The notes beneath the pieces were generated by a model. That model did no database searches and was not told the DNA's origin. It saw only the letters and a list, made by a program, of their open reading frames with translations. Position numbers and translations under genes: made by a program. This document shows, in pieces, positions 38,795 to 48,324 of a stretch of 64,000 nucleotides of DNA. The DNA is taken from IMG/VR virus record IMGVR_UViG_3300020185_004577, positions 19,145-83,144 of that record, one strand, 5' to 3'. Position 1 is the stretch's first letter. Each line of letters opens with the position of its first letter. Source of the DNA: a virus.

Positions 38795-38850
38795 AATTAT
38801 AATTTTTATCTTTATTATATAAACGAATTAATATGAAAAATATTACAATA

Positions 38851-40383
38851 TTAAATAATTTTTTTTAAGATTTTAGATATTGATAATGCAGAATCATCCT
38901 CTTTAAGATTTGCACTCACAATACTTTTGGGGGATATTTTTGGTTTAACAATTGTATTTTTAGAGGATTTTTTAGAAGTTTTCTTAACCTTTGGTTTTGA
39001 ATTTATTTCTTTTTTTATGCTATCCATATAGCGTTGAGATATAGGGTCAGAAACGATATTGTTAATGACTTGTTGTCTAAAATTAGAAAAATAAGACATT
39101 ACCCTGTCTCTCTCTGCATCTTTATCCTTAAATGATTCACCCTTTTGCTTAGGGTATATAAAAGCCAATGCTGGATAATTGCCGTAACCATCTATCCTTC
39201 CTTCATTTGCTAATCTTTTGAAAAAATTTATATACTTAAAAAACCTTTCAGAATCTATATCTTCTATAAATTTTGACACTTTTTCTGACAACTCTTTATC
39301 GTCATTTAAGTCTATTTTATATCCATTAGATGTAGTTCCGAAGCCTTTTCTTTTTGTTTTTAAAAGAAATCTACTAAGAACTTCTTCTTTTTTGGAACTA
39401 GACTCCTTACCTTTTTCCACTTCTTTTTCTTCGTAATCAGATGTTTTTACCTCTATTGATTGGACACCTTTATCTATGTTTATTATTCCCGGTATATCAA
39501 AATTGCTTCCAACAGTTATATAAGACTTTTCAAAGTCTCCAGCACTTCTATTGTAAAGTTCCCAAGAAACATCTATATCATTTATTTTCATATCCAAAGA
39601 ATCATAATCAACTCCTTTATCTATTTTAAGCAAATGTTCTATATCATTGTTGTCTACTATCTTTATTTGCAAACCTTTCTTAACTTGTATAATAGATAAC
39701 TTTTTGTGTTTAGTATTTTCTTTCGCCATTCTAAGACCCATAACAAATCCAGAACCAATAGATGAACCTCCCGACTTAAAGTCCCAAGGCTCTATTTTAT
39801 AGCCATCTGCACTTCCCAAATAATAACCATCTATCATCTGTCCGCCCGTAATGGCACCACCTTTAAAAACGCCCATAAAAGCGCCACTCAACCACTCTCC
39901 TCTAAACGTAATTAATTGCCCTTTTATTGAACCTCTAGCCTTTCTTTTAGTTTTAGTCAAACCTAAAGTCTCAGCTTTCCAAGAGCCTTTAAGTATCCAA
40001 CTTAAAGATGGAAACAGCTTTTCAACTTTTGCCTGATTTGATGTGTGAACCAAAGTTCCCTTTGCATTTGTTTCTTTCTCGTCAACCTCAAAAGCCAAAT
40101 AAGGAATTAATTCTTTGTCAATTTTTTTTGCATAATTTTCTCCAACCTTATAAAGACCCGGCTTTCCCATGACTGCCTTTTTCTCACTATCCGAACCAGT
40201 TGAGGCTACATATTTTAAGTAATTTTGATTTGGAGTCTTAGGATTAGAACCCTTTGCATCAGCGTCTGTGTAACGATTTCCACCTAATCCACTAGCAAAA
40301 GATTTTAGTTTGTGACCAATATTACCCAAAATCTCATCTAAACGCTTTTCTATATCCTCTACATTTTCTTCGTAATTTTCCAT
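38851..40383 (-). CDS. Hypothetical late protein (510 aa)
   Basis: Long ORF with a Gly-rich GEWLSGAFMGVFKGG segment; co-transcribed from the late box at 40905. Confidence 0.75.
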   Translation of the reverse strand: MENYEENVEDIEKRLDEILGNIGHKLKSFASGLGGNRYTDADAKGSNPKTPNQNYLKYVASTGSDSEKKAVMGKPGLYKVGENYAKKIDKELIPYLAFEVDEKETNAKGTLVHTSNQAKVEKLFPSLSWILKGSWKAETLGLTKTKRKARGSIKGQLITFRGEWLSGAFMGVFKGGAITGGQMIDGYYLGSADGYKIEPWDFKSGGSSIGSGFVMGLRMAKENTKHKKLSIIQVKKGLQIKIVDNNDIEHLLKIDKGVDYDSLDMKINDIDVSWELYNRSAGDFEKSYITVGSNFDIPGIINIDKGVQSIEVKTSDYEEKEVEKGKESSSKKEEVLSRFLLKTKRKGFGTTSNGYKIDLNDDKELSEKVSKFIEDIDSERFFKYINFFKRLANEGRIDGYGNYPALAFIYPKQKGESFKDKDAERDRVMSYFSNFRQQVINNIVSDPISQRYMDSIKKEINSKPKVKKTSKKSSKNTIVKPKISPKSIVSANLKEDDSALSISKILKKII

Positions 40384-40390
40384 TGTATTA

Positions 40391-40885
40391 CTATTTAGTT
40401 TGCAACCAATTAACTACATAATTATTTGATGCTGCAATAGGATTTTTTTGAGACAATATTTTTTTGGCATCTAAAGACAAACTTCTCAAGTCTCTAATAG
40501 TACTTGAGCTTATAGCTCCATCCCGACCAGATATGTCATTAAAACCTCTTTTCATTAATGATTTGTATTTTTTAAATAAATCTTTTATTTTTTCAGAAAA
40601 AGATTCTTTATCAATGCCGAAATATGAAGATAATAAAATAGACTCAATTTTTTTAAAAGCATCTTCCATCATATTTTCACTTTCTTTATTCAAAACATTA
40701 CTCTTATCAAAAACAGGATGTTCATACCAACTTTTAACATCTCCCAAATCATTGCTAGATGACATTTTGTGTCCATTTTTGTTATTTTTTTTCAAATGTT
40801 TGAAATTTCCAAACATACCTCCAGGAGGAGCTTCATTCAAAAACGATTCTCTAACCAACTTTCTTATATAATATTTACTATCCAT
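40391..40885 (-). CDS. Hypothetical late protein (164 aa)
   Basis: N-term YIRKLVRESFLNE; late box at 40905-40912. Confidence 0.7.
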   Translation of the reverse strand: MDSKYYIRKLVRESFLNEAPPGGMFGNFKHLKKNNKNGHKMSSSNDLGDVKSWYEHPVFDKSNVLNKESENMMEDAFKKIESILLSSYFGIDKESFSEKIKDLFKKYKSLMKRGFNDISGRDGAISSSTIRDLRSLSLDAKKILSQKNPIAASNNYVVNWLQTK

Positions 40886-40925
40886 AATGATATGTGTGTA
40901 TAGATATAAATAGTAAAATTTTTAT

Positions 40926-40957
40926 AAAAAAAAGGCTCAAAATTTAAGTTGAGCCTT
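40926..40957 (-). terminator. Intrinsic terminator
   Basis: AAGGCTCAA/TTGAGCCTT stem with a U-run on the minus strand. Confidence 0.7.
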
Positions 40958-40981
40958 GTGTAATATTATTTTTTGTTTTGT

Positions 40982-41194
40982 CTATCTAAAGTTTTTGACT
41001 TCTATGACACTATAAATCCAGCCACTATCAGTATTTGAGTTTAATATTTCGCACATCCTATTAACCTCTTTAATATCATTAGATTCGTAAACCTCAGAAT
41101 TTCCATCTAACATTAAAACATGAACAGGTCTTCCGTAAAGATATTTCATAGTTTTCTTTATTTGATAAGAGCTTTTTTTTGCTTTAATCAACAT
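40982..41194 (-). CDS. Hypothetical protein (70 aa)
   Basis: Co-oriented, tight spacing. Confidence 0.65.
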   Translation of the reverse strand: MLIKAKKSSYQIKKTMKYLYGRPVHVLMLDGNSEVYESNDIKEVNRMCEILNSNTDSGWIYSVIEVKNFR

Positions 41195-41198
41195 AAGG

Positions 41199-41576
41199 CT
41201 ATTGATTAATCAAATGATAAAACTCACTCTCCTTTGCCTCAACAATAGACTTCACTTTCTCATTCAATAAACTATTTCTTGAACTAGTAAATAAATTTGC
41301 TAAAGAATCAAATTCAGACTGATTCATTGAGAAATCTTTATAATTTACAAACTCTCCAAAAACTACACCTAAAGAATAGTCATAACCAGTCGTTCCTTTT
41401 GTAGTTTCTTGTGCAGATATATAAAGAGATATTCCATCTGATATATTTAACACATAATAAGGACTTCCATCAGAACCTTCAACCAAAAATGAAGTTTCTT
41501 GACTTAATGTGTTGCACATTCTCGTCCACAATGATATTATTTGCTCTTTTCTAAGTGTTGATTTTTCGTGTCTCAT
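41199..41576 (-). CDS. Hypothetical protein (125 aa)
   Basis: Upstream TTTG-N19-TAAATTAG promoter-like element. Confidence 0.65.
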   Translation of the reverse strand: MRHEKSTLRKEQIISLWTRMCNTLSQETSFLVEGSDGSPYYVLNISDGISLYISAQETTKGTTGYDYSLGVVFGEFVNYKDFSMNQSEFDSLANLFTSSRNSLLNEKVKSIVEAKESEFYHLINQ

Positions 41577-41658
41577 TTTAATATAATTAATTTATACGCT
41601 AATTTACATATAATATTCTGTTTTACAAAATGTAAAAAATTTATTTTATTTGAATTAA

Positions 41659-42648
41659 CTATCTAGATTTTGACTTAGCTTCACTTCTAGCTTTGCTTGC
41701 CGCTTGTCTATCTGCTTTGTTTTTCTTTTCTACTTCCTCCTGTATTCTTTGCATTACCCACCTTCTCTCATATACAGGCATATTAAAAACATCATCTCTA
41801 GAAAATCCACCCTTTCCATAATAGGTAATTAAAAAAATCTCATCCATCATGTGTTGTCGGTATTCTGGATTTAGTCCGAAAAAATTAGTGTCTATAGGTA
41901 TTTTGTTTGAAGCAACATGTCCACAAGATGGACAAGTTGTATGTATTGTATTATCAACTCCTGGCTCTACACTATCCATGTGAGACCTTAGTTTTGCTGA
42001 ATCAGACAAAGACATTGCCTTAATTACTTTTCTAATAAAACCTTTATCTTTTATGCCGCTTATACTGGTTATCTGACTTCTATAAGTCACAGCTATTCTG
42101 TTTTCTAATTTTAAATCTCCAATTTTTTTAGACTCTTTTTCAACGGTTTTTATTATATTCCTTTCATCAGCTAATGTTTTAGGTCTAAATTTTACAATAA
42201 TTTTTTCACCTTTAATTTTCATTGTGGGCATTGTAAATTGGTATTCCAAGTTTTCGTCTGGCTGTTCTTTTATTTCTTTCATCTCTAATTCAGATAAATT
42301 AAAACTTGTTTGTGTTTCTGAATTGCAATTTCCGCACTTAAAATCAAAAGTAACTTTATCACCATAAGAAGTAGACCTTAAATAAACCATAAAAGCATCT
42401 CTATCTCCAACTAATAACTTGTCTATATTTCCGCTCCAATCTAAAAGACAAGAACTCATTAGCATTTCTAGAGCTCTACCAGAATCTATTAAAGTTGGAG
42501 AAGTTAGTAAATTTTCTTCTTTAGCAGTAACGTATTTAACTAAAAAAGTTTCCTTTTTGTCTTTATAAAAAATACCCCTTGATGGAATTGAAATCTCATC
42601 AAAGGGTACATTGTTTTCTTTTACTATGTGTTTATATGAAATGCTCAT
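41659..42648 (-). CDS. Baseplate hub/tail assembly chaperone, gp26-like with C-terminal gp51/T-like extension
   Basis: IPSRGIFY, VKYVTAKEENLL, GDRDA, two CxxC motifs; extension FFGLNPEYR...EIF...GGFS.DDVFNMPVYERRW. Confidence 0.78.
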   Translation of the reverse strand: MSISYKHIVKENNVPFDEISIPSRGIFYKDKKETFLVKYVTAKEENLLTSPTLIDSGRALEMLMSSCLLDWSGNIDKLLVGDRDAFMVYLRSTSYGDKVTFDFKCGNCNSETQTSFNLSELEMKEIKEQPDENLEYQFTMPTMKIKGEKIIVKFRPKTLADERNIIKTVEKESKKIGDLKLENRIAVTYRSQITSISGIKDKGFIRKVIKAMSLSDSAKLRSHMDSVEPGVDNTIHTTCPSCGHVASNKIPIDTNFFGLNPEYRQHMMDEIFLITYYGKGGFSRDDVFNMPVYERRWVMQRIQEEVEKKNKADRQAASKARSEAKSKSR

Positions 42649-42660
42649 ATTACATATTCA

Positions 42661-43563
42661 TTAAACATTTGCGTTAGGCCAAAATAACTTAGCTGTTATA
42701 GGAATTTCTTGACGATATGGCGTCCCACAATTGTTACATTCAAAATCATGATTTAAATCAATACCAGGCTCCATATCTTTTAGATATTCTCTAAAAAAGA
42801 AACTATCTGCTATAGGCATAACTCCTATAAACTTCTTAATATACGTCTTATCTCTATTTCCATTTACATCCATGATTTGCAATAAATATCTTTCAGTAAG
42901 AACAGTAGCAACTTTAAGCCTTCCCTTAACTGTCTTTTTGCCCGTTTCATTTATTTTTTGCAACCTAGTTTCATCGGCTCCATTTAGTAGTCTAAATCTT
43001 ATGTTTGCCTTTGACTTAGGCAGCATAACACTAAAAAGTCCTTCTGAGTCTGGCTTGTCAAACACTTCTCTATTTGATAAAGAAGAAAGTAATATGGAAT
43101 TTTCATTAACCTCTGAACAATTAGGACACGTAGTTTTAGTTTCGTAATCATCTCCATAACCTGTAATTCTTAAATTAATTAGAACAGCATTTCTGTCGCC
43201 AGTAAGCATTTCATCTGCCGTTATGTCTTTATCGATAAGTGCATTTTGAAGTAATACATCTAAAACTTTACCGCTTTTTATCAAATCAGTACTTGTTAAA
43301 ATGTTTTCATCTTCTGCCGTTAAATACTTTACCTCTACTGTTTTTTTTCCATTTGGATAAAATATGCCCCCAGATGGTAAGTCAATATAATCTGTTGGAA
43401 CTTCAAATTCAGTATCAATAAACTGAGCTGGTATGTCGTGCTTTTCCGCAACTGATTGAGCTCTAGATTGAGATGTGTTATCTTGTACATTTTGAGCCTG
43501 CTGCTCTTGAGAAGGTCTAGTTCTTGATTGAACAGTTGGTTCTAAAGGATTATTTTCTTCCAT
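42661..43563 (-). CDS. Baseplate hub/tail assembly chaperone, gp26-like
   Basis: LPSGGIFY, VKYLTAEDENIL, GDRNA..INLRITGYG and two CxxC motifs; ends LFWPNANV; late box at 43592-43599. Confidence 0.8.
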   Translation of the reverse strand: MEENNPLEPTVQSRTRPSQEQQAQNVQDNTSQSRAQSVAEKHDIPAQFIDTEFEVPTDYIDLPSGGIFYPNGKKTVEVKYLTAEDENILTSTDLIKSGKVLDVLLQNALIDKDITADEMLTGDRNAVLINLRITGYGDDYETKTTCPNCSEVNENSILLSSLSNREVFDKPDSEGLFSVMLPKSKANIRFRLLNGADETRLQKINETGKKTVKGRLKVATVLTERYLLQIMDVNGNRDKTYIKKFIGVMPIADSFFFREYLKDMEPGIDLNHDFECNNCGTPYRQEIPITAKLFWPNANV

Positions 43564-43659
43564 AATTTGTTTTTATTTATTAATTAGTAATTATAAATAG
43601 TGTTGTCTAATTTTTATCAAAAATAAGAATGCATTATCAAAAGTAAATAGTAGTTTGTT

Positions 43660-44127
43660 ATGAATGAAGAAGAAAAAAAGAAAAAAGTAGCCTCTATATT
43701 GAGGAGAACTAAAAAAAGGTTACTGAAACCGAAAAACAAAATAAAAAAAATAAAATACCTTCAAGCTCAGTCTTATAGAATGAGCAAAAACACCACTTGG
43801 CCTGAGAGGGAATTTGAATCATTACTAAAAGAAATGGGTATAGAATATGAGTCTCAAAAAATATTGAAAGGTAAAATATTCGATTACTACATACCTTCTT
43901 GCAATATGCTATGTGAAGTTGACGGAGATTACTATCATGGTAATGAAGACAAATATAGCACTTTGAACGAAATGCAAAAAAAAATAAAACAAAACGACAG
44001 ATACAAAAACATAATATCCAAAGGTATGGGCTATGGAATATTTAGAGTTTGGGAATCTGAACTAAAGGATAACAGAGAGCTTGTAAAAGAAAGAATTAGA
44101 AATGAAATACTAATCCAAAAACTCTAA
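43660..44127 (+). CDS. Vsr/DUF559-like endonuclease
   Basis: TWPE, FDYY, EVDGDYYHG, D.YKN and RVWESE motifs. Confidence 0.8.
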   Translation: MNEEEKKKKVASILRRTKKRLLKPKNKIKKIKYLQAQSYRMSKNTTWPEREFESLLKEMGIEYESQKILKGKIFDYYIPSCNMLCEVDGDYYHGNEDKYSTLNEMQKKIKQNDRYKNIISKGMGYGIFRVWESELKDNRELVKERIRNEILIQKL

Positions 44128-46410
44128 CTCAGCTTCAGCCTCTTCGTAGTGTTCTTTTAAAAATGTTTTTAACGAAGTCTGTCTAGAATTTGGATTTACA
44201 TTTTCAACACCTCTATAAAAAGCTTCTCTTTCTCCTATTAAAATTGCCATTTTTCTCGCTCTAGTTATACCTGTGTATATCAAATTTCTATACAACATAA
44301 TATTGTGCTCACTAAGAACTGGCATAATTACAACCTCAAACTCAGAACCTTGAGACTTATGTATGCTAATACTATAAGCCAGCTCTATTTCTATTACATT
44401 CTGCCTTTCATACTGAACAAGTTTAGAATTATTAGAATTACCATAATCTATAATAAGGCTAGAATCTTTCGAATTTATTTTTTTTATATAACCTATATCT
44501 CCATTAAAAACATTTAAATCATAGTTATTTGAAGTTTGTATAACTCTGTCACCCTCCCTATAAGTTCTATCTCCTATTTTTATTTCTTTTTTATTTTTTG
44601 ACTCAGGATTAACCTCTTTTTGTATTCTTTTGTTTATTTCTCTAGTTCCTATAGAACCCTTATTCATAGGAGTAAGTATCTGAATTTCACACTTATTACC
44701 CATATATTTTTTAACAGTATCCTTATATAGTTTGACAATCATATCAAGAGCATTCATTCCATATCTAAAAGTTGAAAAGTCAGAAACCTTGCTTAAGCTT
44801 TTTTCCATGGAAGAATCTATAAACATACAATCAATGTCATCCTTCCATATAGAAGGGGACTTTATTGGCGTGTCTATATTTGGTGTTTCGCCCTTATTTA
44901 TTTGATGTGCGTAAGTTATGATTTTAGACTTTTCTGCTTGCCTAAAAACTTTTTGTAGATTATAAATTTGTATACAATTACTTTGAATTAAATCTGACAT
45001 TAAATTTCCAATACCTACAGATGGCAATTGGTCTTTATCTCCGACCAACAATATTTGAGTACTTGGAGATATAGCTCTAAAAAAAGAGGATGCTAATCTT
45101 ATGTCTATCATAGAAGACTCATCCAAAATAATAAAATCACAATCTAACATATCTTTTTCTGACTTTCTGAAATTACCACTACCAGCATCCCACTTTAAAA
45201 GTCTATGAATAGTTTTTGACTGAGAACCTATGACTTCAGACATTCTTTGAGCGGCTCTACCTGTTGGTGCGGCCAATAAAACCTCTTTACCCATAGACAC
45301 CAGCATGTCATATACGTATTTTACCGTTGTTGTCTTACCAACTCCTGGGCCGCCTGTTAGAACGGATAATCCATTTGATAAAACACCTATTACTGACTCA
45401 GACTGTTCTTCACTTAATTTTATGTCAGACATTTTCAACATTGAATCAAGCCTATCCTTAAGCTCTTCTTTATTGTTAGCATATATTTTTTTAGAAAGTC
45501 TAATAACTTTTTCTGCAACATATTTTTCATCATAAAAAACATCTCTTGAATAGTACCTTTTTTCTTCATTTTGATTCTCAGAAATTTTTACACAAACTAT
45601 ACTATCTGACAATTCTTCTGCTTCCAATATATTAGAAATCTTTTCTACTGAAGATATGTTTATTAATTTAAACAATTTTTTATTAATCTGTTTTTTGGTC
45701 AAATAACAATGTCCATCAGAATGATTGTTGGATAATATGTGATGTATTGCAGAAGATATTCTTTCTTCACTATCTTTCTTAAAACCTAAACTCATAGCGA
45801 GTTTATCTGCCATTGTAAAACCAAAACCGTTAATATCAGAAGATAATTTATAAGGGTTCTTTTTTATTATAGGGATGGAGCTAATTCCATATTCTTTATA
45901 AATCTTTACAGAAAAAATAGTGCTAATCATATGCTCTTGAAGGAATAGCATTATACTATTCATTTCTTGATTACTTTTCCAACTATCTTTTAATACCTTT
46001 AATTTACTTATATGTATTCCTCTCACTTCTGTAAGTCTCTCAATATTGTTTCTAAAAACATCCAAAGCTTCATCTCCAAAATATTTTACAATCTTTTTTG
46101 CAGTAACAGGCCCTATTCCTGGAAAAAATCCAGAACTTAGGTATTTTATAACAGCTTCAGTAGTTGCTGGGGGTATTTCTTGACAACAATCTGCTTTAAA
46201 CTGCTTTCCAAACTTAGGATGTTTAATCCATGAACCAGAAAATTTCATAGTAACTCCCTCAAACACTTTAGGCTGATTAACGGTTACTGTTATATTGTCT
46301 TTTATATTCTTTTCACCAACCACCTCAACGCTTAATATTCCATAACCATTTAAAGGATTATGAAATTTTATTCTTTTTATTATGCCAGTTAAATTATTTG
46401 AGTTTGTCAT
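44110..46410 (-). CDS. recD2: RecD2-like SF1B helicase
   Basis: GIGPVTAKKIV HhH, TGGPGVGKTT, APTGRAA, TIHRLL, DESSM, VGDKDQLPSVG and SIHKSQGSEF. Confidence 0.95.
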   Translation of the reverse strand: MTNSNNLTGIIKRIKFHNPLNGYGILSVEVVGEKNIKDNITVTVNQPKVFEGVTMKFSGSWIKHPKFGKQFKADCCQEIPPATTEAVIKYLSSGFFPGIGPVTAKKIVKYFGDEALDVFRNNIERLTEVRGIHISKLKVLKDSWKSNQEMNSIMLFLQEHMISTIFSVKIYKEYGISSIPIIKKNPYKLSSDINGFGFTMADKLAMSLGFKKDSEERISSAIHHILSNNHSDGHCYLTKKQINKKLFKLINISSVEKISNILEAEELSDSIVCVKISENQNEEKRYYSRDVFYDEKYVAEKVIRLSKKIYANNKEELKDRLDSMLKMSDIKLSEEQSESVIGVLSNGLSVLTGGPGVGKTTTVKYVYDMLVSMGKEVLLAAPTGRAAQRMSEVIGSQSKTIHRLLKWDAGSGNFRKSEKDMLDCDFIILDESSMIDIRLASSFFRAISPSTQILLVGDKDQLPSVGIGNLMSDLIQSNCIQIYNLQKVFRQAEKSKIITYAHQINKGETPNIDTPIKSPSIWKDDIDCMFIDSSMEKSLSKVSDFSTFRYGMNALDMIVKLYKDTVKKYMGNKCEIQILTPMNKGSIGTREINKRIQKEVNPESKNKKEIKIGDRTYREGDRVIQTSNNYDLNVFNGDIGYIKKINSKDSSLIIDYGNSNNSKLVQYERQNVIEIELAYSISIHKSQGSEFEVVIMPVLSEHNIMLYRNLIYTGITRARKMAILIGEREAFYRGVENVNPNSRQTSLKTFLKEHYEEAEAELEFLD

Positions 46411-46417
46411 TTTATTT

Positions 46418-47533
46418 TTATTTAATATTAACGTCTATATCGTCTACCAAAAACATACCTAAGGATTTCATTCCTAAAATTAAATCTTCCATCATTCCTG
46501 ACAAAAACGTTTTAACGTTATCATCTTGGTTCAAATCATAATCTGAATTTTCTAAAATCTCATTTATTTTTTGGCAGTGAACCATTAATGATTTATATAA
46601 AATATTAGGATTAAAATACCAAGAAGATTTACTTTTATGATAAGACAAAACATTAGAGTTAAAAGTATCTTTTGGAAATGATACTATTCCCAAATCAGAT
46701 AATTTAGCGTATGTATTTGTAATAAAAAGACCTCCAGAGTCTATGAGATTTTTTTTATCAGAAAAATCTATTTCTATTTCTTCAGACTGTAAATCAAAAG
46801 AAAATATAGCACCAACTATTATATTATAATATAATTTATAATTTTCGGCTCCAAAAAAATCGTTTAACTTATTTATTATATTTTCAAAAAGTTCTCCTTC
46901 CAAACCCTTAACTACTAGGTTAGGCAAGTGTATTTTTTTTATTTGCAAATCTATAGATGAAGAATCACTTTTAACATTTTCTGATTTTACAATTTCTAAA
47001 ATGTTATAATCGAGTTTAGCCTTTAAAAGTCTAGACTTAACAAAATCAATTGGTTCAACCATAGATTTTAAATCATTAGTAAAAATTTTTTCATCTGAAT
47101 CATTGTCAAAAACTTTACTCATTGTATTAAAATACTTTAATTTTGATTTTGGATAACTTGATTCTGAATAATCAAAAATATATGAATAACTTTTTTCACA
47201 AACACCTGATGATTTTAGGAATTTTGAAAATATGAATACAAAAAAATCGTTTTTACTTAACTTTACATTTTTAGTTTTATTAAAACCAGAAACGTACTTA
47301 AATACATCTCTCTCCTCAAAACATGATGCCACATCAAATCCAAAAGGATATATTATATCTGTTCTTTTCTTGTTGACAATTTTATGCCTAAATCCGAAAC
47401 CATCTAACCAAAACTTATTTTTAATAATATCTGGATTCGCTTTAAAGTCTAAGTTATGTGGGAAGTATAAATTTAGCTTTCCATCTTTAACCTCATCACA
47501 AACATAATTGTGAAGTATTTTTACATCTGACAT
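46418..47533 (-). CDS. Hypothetical protein; possible catalytically degenerate arginyl-tRNA synthetase-like (DALR anticodon-binding) protein
   Basis: SGGLFITNTYAKL and the C-terminal LILGMKSLGMFLVDDI resemble the ArgRS anticodon domain; no HIGH motif. Confidence 0.45.
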   Translation of the reverse strand: MSDVKILHNYVCDEVKDGKLNLYFPHNLDFKANPDIIKNKFWLDGFGFRHKIVNKKRTDIIYPFGFDVASCFEERDVFKYVSGFNKTKNVKLSKNDFFVFIFSKFLKSSGVCEKSYSYIFDYSESSYPKSKLKYFNTMSKVFDNDSDEKIFTNDLKSMVEPIDFVKSRLLKAKLDYNILEIVKSENVKSDSSSIDLQIKKIHLPNLVVKGLEGELFENIINKLNDFFGAENYKLYYNIIVGAIFSFDLQSEEIEIDFSDKKNLIDSGGLFITNTYAKLSDLGIVSFPKDTFNSNVLSYHKSKSSWYFNPNILYKSLMVHCQKINEILENSDYDLNQDDNVKTFLSGMMEDLILGMKSLGMFLVDDIDVNIK

Positions 47534-47536
47534 ATA

Positions 47537-47896
47537 TTATATATTTTCGTTATTTTCATCATTTTCACCTTCATCATGTGAGCCTAACAAACTTCTTAAA
47601 CCACCTAAATCCTGACTGCTATGAACAATAAAATTAGCAGAACCACTACATCTGTCACTAATAATTTCAGAATATTTTTTTAAACCATCAGTCAAAACAT
47701 TTTTCCATTCCTTGGTCATATCTTCTTTAATTTTTTTATTGAAAAGTTCTAACAACAGAAATCTTTTATTTGAATTATTTGAAGCAGGAATAGATTTTTT
47801 TGACTTGGAAAATGGTGATACAAAGCTCTTTTTTGACATGTCCCAAAGAGAGCTTTTGTTTTTATCTTTATCATTTTCTTCTTCACTTTTCAACAT
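47537..47896 (-). CDS. Hypothetical protein; possible short major-capsid-like fragment
   Basis: KEWKNVL...SEII...GSANFIVHSS resembles the gp23 segment GxGNFIIAS. Confidence 0.45.
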   Translation of the reverse strand: MLKSEEENDKDKNKSSLWDMSKKSFVSPFSKSKKSIPASNNSNKRFLLLELFNKKIKEDMTKEWKNVLTDGLKKYSEIISDRCSGSANFIVHSSQDLGGLRSLLGSHDEGENDENNENI

Positions 47897-47908
47897 GTTT
47901 CCAAATTT

Positions 47909-48256
47909 TTATAAATTATCTTTTATTATCTTGTGATTTTTAACACCCTCTTTTTTAAAAGATTTTTGCTTTATCCTTTTATATTCCAAGCCCAAATCGT
48001 TGAAGTACTCTTCCATTGTTGGAAGGGCTAAACTAAAATAATCGCATATAGTTTCTTCATATTCTTTTACTTCTTCAGAATCCAAACCATGAGTGTCTAT
48101 TTCAAATCCAGACACGTATTTAACCTGCTCTTTGTCTATTTCTGAAAAAGAATTAAAAGATTCTTTAAGAAATTTAGGAGCAATAATGTTTCTTACAGAT
48201 TCTTCACCATCTTTTTTAGTGTAATCAAAAATTATTTTCCTTATAAAATCAGGCAT
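47909..48256 (-). CDS. Hypothetical protein, WYL-like
   Basis: IIFDYTKKDGEESVRNIIAP...YVSGF resembles the WYL/SH3-like fold pattern. Confidence 0.45.
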   Translation of the reverse strand: MPDFIRKIIFDYTKKDGEESVRNIIAPKFLKESFNSFSEIDKEQVKYVSGFEIDTHGLDSEEVKEYEETICDYFSLALPTMEEYFNDLGLEYKRIKQKSFKKEGVKNHKIIKDNL

Positions 48257-48324
48257 TGAGAGATATTTTTTAATATTATTGACTATTTATATATAACAAC
48301 AAAAATACGAAAAATAATATTGAT

